A stretch of 64,000 bases of DNA, from NCBI GenBank assembly GCA_035084275.1, contig JAYJKW010000399.1, positions 496,001 through 560,000 on the forward strand. Reading direction: 5' to 3'. Below, piece after piece: positions 1-11,100 of this stretch. This DNA comes from Hydrolagus colliei (Eukaryota). The position numbers and the translations under genes were made by a program. Each line of letters begins with the position of its first letter. Within the stretch, counting starts at the first letter, position 1. Under the pieces are notes generated by a model that was given only the letters and a program-made list of their open reading frames with translations, was not told the origin of the DNA and made no database searches.

Positions 1-247
1 TTAGAGTTGAGACTGACAGAAAGCCAGAGGAAATGACGGAGGTACAGAGTTAAACAGAGAAAGGGACTGAAATAGACAGATAGAATGAGAGAATAAATGT
101 CAATGTTTGTCTGAACTAACCAGGACTTAATAACGATGTGTGTGTGTACGTTCAGGTGTCTGGCCCTGGCCGCAGCTCCTGTATATAGATGTCAATGTGT
201 ATTGTATTGTTACAATATATTCAGTGTGTCTCTGTCTCTGTGTCCAG

Positions 248-334
248 GCTGGGGGGCAATAATCTGGGAGATTCTGGAGTGAAGTCACTGTGTGAGGCTC
301 TGAGGAACCCGGAGTGTAAAATACAGAGACTGGG
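248..334 (+). CDS. NLR LRR exon, 87 nt ([29 protein letters not shown])
   Basis: tgtccag|G ... GG|gtaggt; open frame, one 29-aa RI-like repeat. Confidence 0.85.
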
Positions 335-3300
335 GTAGGTAACAGACTGTCATCAGAAACGTACTGACTCTAACTGACTTTGTCTGTCTGTGTGCCTGTG
401 TGTGTGTGTGTGTGTGTTTCCGTCAGTCTATCTGGCTGGCTGGGTAGGTTTAGGTGTGATTGAGTTAGCGTGAGTCATGTGAAGGGTTGGTTTATTTGTG
501 TGTGTATTAGTCCCTTCGAGTCGGGTCTGCCATTTAACACGAACACTTAACTGAAGCTCAACTAAACCTAACAATCCCAATTCCTCGCTTTCTTCCCATA
601 TCCCTTGATACCTTGACCAACGAAGCATCTAGGTAGTGTGTTTGTTTGTGCATATGTATGGTCAATGCTAGTGGATGCATGTGGGTGTGGGGGGCGGGGG
701 AGGGGGTGGGAGGGGTGGAGGTGGGAGGGAGCGGGTGGAAGGGTCGGCGGATGTGGGTGACGTGTGTACATTTATGTGTGTATATTTGATGTATGTGTGT
801 ATGTTTGGTGTGTGTTTGTGTATGTTTGATGTAGGGAGTGTGAATGTGTATGGGTTGTGTATGGCTCTGAAGCACTGAATATCCAGTGCGTTGTGATGTC
901 CTCAGGACGTGAAACGTTGCTATACACATGTAATTTTGTTGTTGTTGGTAGTGTATATTCGCGTGTGTGCATATGTGGTGTGTGTGAACGGATGTGTCTT
1001 TGAGTGTGTGTGTTTGTTGTGTGTCGTTTTTGTGTGTGTTGTGTGTATATGTTTTGTGTGTCTCTGTGTAGTGTGTGCATATGCTTGTGCTTGTGCATTT
1101 CATGTGTGTCGCTTTGTATGTATATGTGATGTGTGTATATGTACACATGTGCAGTGTACAGGCATGCATTTGTATGTGTGTTTATTTATGTCGGGGCATG
1201 TGTATATATTTATGTGTCAGTATGCTGCGTGACACTTTGTGTATATGAATTTTGTGTGTGAAAATTTGTTTGATTTTGCGTCTTGGATGTTTGTGGCTAC
1301 ATGTCGAAGTGCAACTCTGTGGTCAGCATGTCTTTATTTGTGTGTATATGTGTGCGTTTGTGTGTTGTCTGTGTATCTATGTGCGGTGTGTGTTTCTATC
1401 TGTGGTGTGTATGTGTGGGTCTGTCTGGCTGTCTGTCTGTCGATCGATCTGTCTGTCTGTCTATAAATTTGTGTATGTTTGTTGAGTGTGTTTGTGCATG
1501 GATTGTATTTTGTGTGTGTGTGAGTGCGTGCTATGTGATTGTGCGGCTCTGTATTTTTGTGTGTGTATCGCTCTGTCCTTCAGTATTTCTCTAAGCGGGG
1601 TTAGTTTTGTGTGTGTGTTTGTGTATCAGTCTGTTTTTTGTGTATCTGTGTGTGTTTTTGTGCGTATGTTTGCGTGTGTAGAAATCTGGAGCTCATGAGC
1701 TTTATTGTTTAGTATCTATATAATAACCACATTTGGGCAAAACAACTGCTTCAGAAAAAAGTCTACAAAACTATAATCGTGAGTTAGTGTGTGTCAGCTC
1801 AGACTCTGCAGTCTGTAGCCTGTATTAATAAAGCAATAGTAAAAATCCTTGCAAATGACATTCCTCTTTTCATGTGCTTTAGACTGTGTCTCAAAGCGCT
1901 TCACATAATATACTGTTAATTGATAAGTGTGTGGGCGAAATGCGGTAGCAAACACTATCTGTCGTGCATTGAAACGATCCATTTATTATTTTGTGAGGGT
2001 TTATTACTAGATATATGGAGTAAGGAAACCTGCCTGAACTCGAACAGAGTCTCAAGCTTGGAAGACGACTTGGCGACAAGTCCACTGAGTGGACTACAGC
2101 TCAGTGGGTAGAGCCCTCGCCTCTCAAGCGAGAGACATATGTTAGATTCCCGATTGGAGTGAAATCTTAGGCAAGTTTCCTTACCCCACGCACCTGTTTG
2201 CCACCAGTCAGCAGGTACACAGTTGCCAGTGGATTCACAGATCACTTTACCAGGGCTAATAATCCATTCAAACTATAATGTTCTGCCATAAAACATACAA
2301 TAAACTCACTTTAGACGTTATCCTATAAAGCGCTCGGAGACTCCTGGAGGAGATGATAAGTTCCTGTATCAATGCAAGGATTATTATTATATTGTATATT
2401 ATATCTGTGTATCATGAAACCCTCTCAATCCCCCTCACTGGACACAATGACTGTCTGTGGATCATTTCCATCACTGTATCCGCTAGTGGCTTCCAACGCC
2501 TCTTCCTTCCCTGGGAGACTCCTGCAGTGAGATACAGCGGGTTATATACACTGTATTTACTCTGATCCCTGTTATGTGTCTGTATCTCTGTTCTCCAGGC
2601 TGGGAACTGAAAATCTGACAGCTGATTGTGCCGAGGATCTGATCTCCACGCTCAGCACAAGCAGCTCACTGACACAGCTGGACCTGGGCCATATTACACT
2701 GGGAGATTCTGGAGTGGAACGACTGTGTGAGGCTCTGAGGAAACAGGAGTGTAAAATACAGATACAGAGGAAAGTAACAGACTGTGTCTCCAGAGATTGT
2801 GGGTGTATGAGAGCAGGAGAGAGAGAGATACTACATGAGAGTGGAAGAGGGAGAGGGTGAGATTGAGGGGGAGACTGTTAACAAGAGGGGGAGAGATACA
2901 TAGAATTAGCAATGACAAAGAGACAAATATAGAGTTCGAGTAAGACAGAGTTACTGTGCGAGACTGTTAAACTGGGGAGAGTCTAACAGAGAGAGGGAGA
3001 GTGGCAGATAAAGAGTCTGAGAGACAGTTACTGAAAGACAGAGTGAGACTGTGAATGAGATTGTAAGCGAAATAGAGAAAGAGACGCACAGAGAGAAACT
3101 GATAGAGAGACGGTAATTGAGAGAGAGACAGCGAGACTGTAAGTGAGAGAGAGACACTGAGAGAAAGAAGCTGAGATAGTCAAGAGGGAGAGGGAGAGAA
3201 GTATGGATAAATAGAGGGAGGGAGAGAGAGGGAGTGGGGGAGAAGTACGGAAACACAGACAGAGAGGGAGAGATAATAATAGAGACACCGAAATAACCGC

Positions 3301-6300
3301 ATGAGGTGAAACCCCTCTCTCTCTCTCTCTGCCTCACTCTCTCTCACCTTCTCTACCCTCCGCTGTAAAGATCTTATAGTGCGTGATACACTATCAATAT
3401 CAGTGTTTGAGTGAATCAACCAGCAATTAGTAACGATGTGTTTGTGTGTGTACGTTCAGGTGTCTGACTCTGGTCCCAGTTCTTGGGACCCGCTCCCCAA
3501 GTGAACAGATGTCAATGGATATTGTATTGTTACACTATACTCACTGTCTCTGTCGCTTTATCCAGGCTGGGGGGCAATAATCTGGGAGATTCTGGAGTGA
3601 AGCGACTCTGTGAGGCTCTGAGGAACCCGGTGTGTAAAATACACACACTGGGGTAAGTAACAAACTGTGGACTTGGTGTCAGTAACTGGCTCTAAACACG
3701 TTATCATTATCCTGTGTATGTGCGGACAGTAGCAATCTGAGATCCTAAAGCTACAAGGCCTGGCTCAGTGACAGGATGAGGAGAGGAAATCACTGAGTGT
3801 ATTCACACTCTGCTCCTGTTAACCCTGTGTGTGATACACAGTATTTACAGGTTGGGGGGAGGGTTCCAGCAACAAAACGGGCGGAGGTTTCCAAGACAAA
3901 GATTCACAGGGGACGTTATGTAGCTTAAGCCCCCTCCCTCCCACCTTCACTCACCCACACAATCACTCACTCGACCCCTTCCACATTCTCTGCATTCCTT
4001 CCTTCCCTCCCCCACTACCTAATGCCATCCAATTACACTCACTCACTCACTCACGCACTTACTCACTCACTCTATCAAATCACTCAATCAGTCACTTGTA
4101 TTCGCTTGCTGGCTGTCTCGTTTGCTCGTTTTCCCTCACCCTTACACTGTCTTTCTCACTTTCTCTCACACCCACATTCTCACTGACTCTCTAACACTGG
4201 CTCCCTCACACTGTCTCTCTCATATTGTCTCTCTCACTCTCTCTCCCACTGTCTCTCACAGACGTTCTCACTGCTTGTCACTCACTCTCCCACTGGCTCT
4301 CATCAATCTGCCCTCACCCTCCGCTCAGTGGGCTCTAGTCTGTATCAAATCCACAGCCTCACCCGCCCTCCGATGGTGGCTGAGCCTTCAGCCACTCTGC
4401 TCATACCCTCTGGAACTCCAGCCTCCAGTCCCTCCACCTCACACCCTCTCTCGCCTCCTTGATCAACCACATCAACCCCTTCCTCTTCAACCATACAAGT
4501 CTTCCATCACCACCTATCCCTCCTCTCCTTCCCTCAGCCCTCCCCCATTCCGACCCCCAGCTCGAGTCCAAAACTTGTCTGTCCGGCTGCTTGGGACGTC
4601 CTCCTGACTTGAGAGGCTCCGTACACGTGTCATTTTGTTGTTGTTATTCTTGTTTCCTGTCATGTCTCTTTGTCTCTGATATGCAGCCTGGACAGGAACA
4701 GTCTGACCGATGGCTGCACTGATGATCTGGTCTCCGCTCTCAGTGCACACCCGTCACTTACACAGCTATACCTGGGTCATAATGAACTGGGAAATTCTGG
4801 AGTGAAGCGACTGTGTGAGGCTCTGAGGAACCCGGAGTGTAAAATACAGACATTGGGGTAAGTAACAGACTGTGGACTGATTGGCTCAAGCCAGAGCCTC
4901 CGCACATCGGGCGCTGCCAGCCTTCACATCCAAGGATGCAGTCTCCACCTCACAAAGCCAATCAGGAACCTCGGCATCATGTTCGATCAAAAACTTTCTT
5001 TCCTGCCCCACATCCGCGCCTTGACTGCCACCGCTTATTTCCATCTGCGCAACATTGCCAGGCTCCGCAACTATCTTACCCCCCGCGCTGCCGAAACACT
5101 TGTGCATGCATACATCACCTCACGGCTGGACTACGGAAACTCTCTCCTCGTCGGCCTCCCCAGTTCCTCCATTCACAGGCTGCAGCTCATTCAAAACTCT
5201 GCAGCCTGTGTACTATCCCGCACCCGCCTCCGCGACCACATAACAATATAACCCCCAACCTCGCCTGTCTCCATTGGCTCCCCGTCCTCCAGAGGATCGA
5301 GTTCAAGAGCCTCGTACTACAAGGCCTTACACGGCCTTGCCACGACCTATTTAACCAATCTACTTTCCCCCTACAAGCCCACAAGGACCCTGCGTTCAAC
5401 AGTTCAGTGAGAATATAATATGCGGAGCGTGAATTCCCCCGATATCTCAGTGTGTTAGTGACACTGGCTGATCAGTTAGTTTCATCTGAATATTGTGTTA
5501 AGAATAAGTGTGACAGTGTGAGTCCATCAGCCATCTCTGTGATCACACACTGAGCATGGATTAGCAACAAATCTGCTCTCTTCCTACCCCAGCAAACTCA
5601 CTCCTCCCCTCCTCCAGCTCCCTCTCTCTCCCAGCTTCCTCCCTCGCTCTCTCCCCATCTTAGTGATCAAACACTAAACATTGATTAGCAAGGAATATCT
5701 ACACGTAGTGGGAACAGCAGCTGTGGTGAAAGGATGGACAAGAGAGACAGTTCACAACAGGCCGGAGAAACTTCCAACGTTTTCTATGATCACAAAGCTC
5801 CTATCCCAGAAATATGATCAAGTGAGAGGCAGAGAAAAAGAAGGAGCGATGGAATGATCAAGTGAGGAGACAGAGACTCCGAAATAGAGAAAGAGAAAGA
5901 CTGTTAGAATGAGAGAGAGAATAGGAAAGAATTTTGGAGTGACTGCGATAAGCAGACCGATGGAGAGAGAGAGAGAGAGAGAAGCATTGATAGACATTGA
6001 CAAAGAGCAAGAGAGAGAGAAACATACTTTCAGCAAGAATGAGAGAGAGAAGATGAGTGAATTCAGAGCAAGAAACAGAGAGGGAAGAGAGAGACAGGGA
6101 GACTGCGAGAGACTGTGAGTGAGGGAGAGAGAATCTAAGTGATACTGATAGAATGAGTTTGAGGCTGAGAGAGAGACTACCAGGCAGGGAGATACAGAGA
6201 TATAGCGTGTGGTAGAGAATCGAAGAGTGAATGGGAGAATGAGAGTGAAACAGAGTGAGATTGGGATGGAGTGACATATTGAGTATGATAGATTTACTAG

Positions 6301-8127
6301 GATGGTGCCAGGATTGAGGGACTTCAGCTATGAGGAGAGGCTAGATAGGCTAGGGTTATTCTCTCTGGAGCAGAGAAGATTGAGGGGAGACCTAATAGAG
6401 GTTTATAAGATCATGAGGGGTTTCGACAGGGCAAATAGAGAAAAACTATTTCCACTCGTGGGTGAATCTGTGACTCGTGGTCACAGATTTAAAATAGTTT
6501 CAAGGCGCAGTAGAGGGGAGCTGAGGAGAAATTTTTTCACTCAGCGAGTTGTTCGAATCTGGAATGCATTGCCTGAAAAGGTGGTGGAGGCTGATTCGAT
6601 AACAACTTTTAAATGGAATTAGATCTTTATTTAGGAAGAACGGGTCTATTAGGCTATGGGGAGCGGGCAGGGCAATGGGATTGAATCGCTCTTTTCAAAG
6701 AGCCGGCACAGACTAGATGGGCCGAATGGCCTCCTTTTGTGCCGTAAAATTCTATGATTCTATGATTCTATGATAGAGTGACGCTGAAACAGAGGCTGTG
6801 AGAGAGTGGGAGCCAGAAAGAATGAAAGAAAGAGAGATGGAGAGAGAGACTGAGCTAGAGTTTGTGAAAGAGACTGTGTGTGATAGACTGAGAGAGAGAG
6901 AGTGGATGAGAGAGAGATGGATAGAGAGAGGAAGAGAAGGTAGATAGATAGAACGAGAGACAGGTGGGTAGAGAGGGAGGGAGATTGGAAGAATGGATGA
7001 AACATAGGGAGTGTGAAACAGAAAGTGAACGACTGTGATGGAGTGAGACTAACAATAGGGAGACAGAGAGAGAGGAGAGCGAGACTGAAAGATTGTGAGA
7101 AAGAGAGAGACTGCGAGAGCGACTGACATAAACATTTCAGTTAAATCATCCCGCTCTGCACCGTATAACCCGGTCCCTGTAAAGCTCTGAGACCTGAACT
7201 GCTGTGACTCTAATATAAATGTCAGTGTTTGTCTGAACCAACCAGGACTTAGTAACCATGTGTGTGTGTACGTTCAGGTGTCTGGCTCTGGCCCCAGCTC
7301 CTGTATATAGATGTCAATGTGTATTGTATTGTTACACTATATTCACTGATTCTCTGTCTCTGTATCCAGGATGGGGAGCAGTAATCTGGGAGATTCTGGA
7401 GTGAAGTCACTGTGTGAGGCTCAGCTCAGTGGTTAGAGCCCTCGCTTCACAAGCCAGAGATCTGCGTTAGGTTCCTGGTCAGGGTGAAACCTTAGCCAAC
7501 TTTCCTTACTCCACACGCCTCTATTTACCAGCAGTCGGTAGGAACCCAGTTGTCTGTGGAATCACAGATGACATTTCCAGGTGTAATAATCTCTTCAAAC
7601 CATAATAATCTGCCATAAAACATAGAATAAGCTCACTTTAGACTTTACCCTGTGAAGCGCTTTGAGACACCTGGAAGATATGATAAATTGCTGTATTAAT
7701 GCCTGGATTATTACTGCATTATATATTATATCTGTGTATAAGGAAACCCCCTCACGAGAGCCTCACACTGTCTGAGCATCATTTCCATCTCTGTATCCGC
7801 TTGTGGCTTCAAACGCCTCTTCCTTCCCTGGGAGACGCCTGTCGTGAGATACAGTGGGTTATACACACTGTGTTTACCCTGATCCCTGTCTTGTCTCTGT
7901 GTCTCTGATCTCCAGGCTGGACACTGACAGACTGACAGCTGATTGTGCCGAGGATCTGATCTCCACTTTCAGCTCAAGCCCCTCACTTACACAGCTGGAC
8001 CTGAGCAATATTACACTGGGAGATTGTGGAGTGAAGCGACTGTGTGAGGCTCTGAGGAACCCGGTGTGTAAAATAGAGATACAGAGGTAAGTAACAGACT
8101 GTGTCTCCAGAGATTGTGGGTGTATGA

Positions 8128-8169
<42 letters not shown>

Positions 8170-11100
8170 ACATGAGATTGGAAGAGGGAGAGGGTGAGAT
8201 TGAGAGGGAGACTGTAAACGATAGGGTGAGAATTACATAGAATCAGTGGTGTGAAATATAGAGTTGGGAGAGACAGAGTTGCTGAATGAGACTGATAAAC
8301 TGAGGAGACTCTAACAGAGTCAGAGAGAAAGTCGGAGATAAAGAGTCTGAGAGTCAGGTACTGAAAGACAGAGCGAGACTGAGAATGAGAGTGTTAGCGA
8401 AATAGAGAGAGAGACACACAGAGAGAAACTGATACAGAGCCAGGAAGTGAGAGAGACAGAGAGACTGGATGTGAGAGGGACATTGAGAGAGAGAAGCTGA
8501 GAGAGTCAATAGGGAGAGAGTGAGAGAGAAGTACGGATAGACAGAGGGAGGGAGAGAGAGAGGGGGAGATGTACGGAAACACAGAAAGAGGAAGAGAATG
8601 ATAGAGACACCGAAATAAGCCCATGAGGTGAATCCACTCTCTCTGCCTCACTCTCTCTCACCTTCTCTACCCTCCCCTGTAAAGATCTTACAATGCGTGA
8701 AAACACTATCATTATCAGTGTTTGTCTGAACAAACAAGAATTTAGTAACGATGTGTTTGTGTGTGTGTATGTTCAGTTGTCTGGCTCTGGCCCCAGCTCC
8801 TGTACATAGATGTCAATGTGTATTGTATTGTTACACTATACTCACTTTGTCTCTGTCTCTGTCTCCAGCTTGGGTGGCAACAATCTGGGAGATGCTGGAG
8901 TGAAGTCACTGTGTGAGGCTCTGAGGAATCCGGAGTGTAAAATACAGTCACTGGAGTAAGTAACAGACTATGTGAGAATATAGTATCCCTAGTGTGAATT
9001 CCCCCGATATCTCAGTGTGTTACTGACACTGGCTGATAAGTTGGTATCAGCTGAATTTTGTGTCAGGAATCAGTGTGACAGTGTGAGTCCATCAGCCATC
9101 ACAGTGATCACACACTGAACATGGATTAGCAACAAATCTGCTCTCTTCCTTCACCAGCAAATTCACTCCGCCCCTCCTCCAGCTCCCTATCTCTTCCACC
9201 TTCCTCCCTCGCTCTCTCCCCATCTTAGTCATCAAACACTAAACATTGATTAGCAAGGAATGTCTACACGTAGAGGGAATAGCAGCTGTGGTGAAAGGAT
9301 GGACACGAGAGACAGTTCACTACAGGCCGGAGAAACTTCCGACGTTTTCTATGATCACAAAGCTCCTATCCCAGAAATAAGATCAAGTGAGAGGCAGAGA
9401 AAAAGAAGGAGCGATGGAATGATCAAGTGAGGAAACAGAGACTCCGAAATAGAGAAAGAGAAATACTGTTAGAATGAGAGAGAGAATGGGAAAGAATTTT
9501 GGAGTGACTGCGATAAGCAGACCGATAGAGAGAGAGAGAGAGAGAGAGAAACATTGATAGACATTGACAAAGAGCAAGAGAGAGAGAAACATACTTTCAA
9601 CAAGAATGAGAGGGAGAAGAGGTGTGAATTCAGAGCAAGAAACAGAGAGGGAAGAGAGAGACAGGGAGACTGCGAGAGACTGTGAGTGAGGGAGAGAGAA
9701 TCTGAGTGATACTGATAGAATGAGATTGAGGCTGAGAGAGAGACCACCAGGCAGTGAGCTACAGAGATATAGCGTGTGGTAGAGAATGGAAGAGTGAATG
9801 AAAGAAAGAGAATGAGAGTGAAACAGAGCGAGACTGGGATGGAGTGACAGATTGAGTATGATAGAGTGACGCTGAAACAGAGGCTGTGAGAGAGTGGGAG
9901 CCAGAAATAATGAAAGAAAGAGAGATGTAGAGACAGACTGAGCTAGAGTTTGTGAAAGAGACAATGTGTGAGAGACTGAGAGAGAGAGAGAGTGGATGAG
10001 AGAGAGAGATGGATAGAGAGAGGGAGAGAAGGTAGATAGATAGGACGAGAGACAGAGAAGGGTAGAGACAGGTGGGTAGAGAGGGAGGGAGATTGGTAGA
10101 ATGGATGAAACATAGGGAGTGCGAAACAGAATGAGAACGACTGTGATAGAGTGAGACTAACAATAGGGAGAGAGAGAGAGAGAGACGAGAGCGAGACTGA
10201 AAGATTGTGAGAAAGAGACAGACTGCGAGAGCGACTGACATAAACATTTCAGTTAAATCCTCCCGCTCTCCACCCTATAACGCGGTCCCTGTAAAGCTCT
10301 GAGACCTGACCTGCTGTGACTCTAATATAAATGTCATTGTTTGTCTGAACCAACCAGGACTTAGTAACGATGTGTGGGTGTGTGTACGCTCAGGTGTATG
10401 GCCCTGGCCCCAGCTTCTGTATATAGATGTCAATGTGTATTGTAATGTTACACTATATTCACTGATTCTCTGTCTCTGTGTCCAGGATGGGGAGCAATAA
10501 TCTGGGAGATTCTGGATTGAAGTCACTGTGTGAGGCTCAGCTCAGTGGTTAGAGCCCTGGCCTCACAAGCCAGAGATCTGTGTTAGGTTCCCGGTCAGGG
10601 TGAAACATTAGCCAACTGTCCTTACTCCACACCCCTCTGTTTACCAGCAGTCAGTAGGAACCCAGTTGTCTGTGGAATCAGAGATGACTTTTCCAGGTGT
10701 AATAATCTCTTCAAACCATAATAATCTGCCATAAAACATAGAATAAACTCACTTTAGACTTTGCCCTGTGAAGCGCTTTGAGACACCTGGAAGATACGAT
10801 AAGTTGCTGTATCAATGCCTGGATTATTACTGCATTATATATTATATCTGTGTATAAGGAAACCCCCTCACGAGAGACTCACACTGTCTGAGCATCATTT
10901 CCATCTCTGTATCAGCTTGTGGCTTCAAACGCCTCTTCCTTCCCTGGGAGACTCCTGTAGTGAGATACAGTGGGATATACACACTGTGTTTACTCTGATC
11001 CCTGTCTTGTCTCTGTGTCTCTGATCTCCAGGCTGGACACTGACAGACTGACAGCTGATTGTGCCGAGGATCTGATCTCCACTTTCAGCTCAAGCCCCTC

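Noticed and set aside
558-1698. Long H/T-rich and C/V-rich ORFs
   Set aside because: Translation of degenerate (TG/CA)n microsatellite; no domain or splice support
2098-2170. tRNA-like sequences (also about 7422, 10538, 24320-24380, 42950-43000, 49410-49470, 62430)
   Set aside because: SINE heads with degenerate A/B boxes that continue into SINE bodies; no intact cloverleaf
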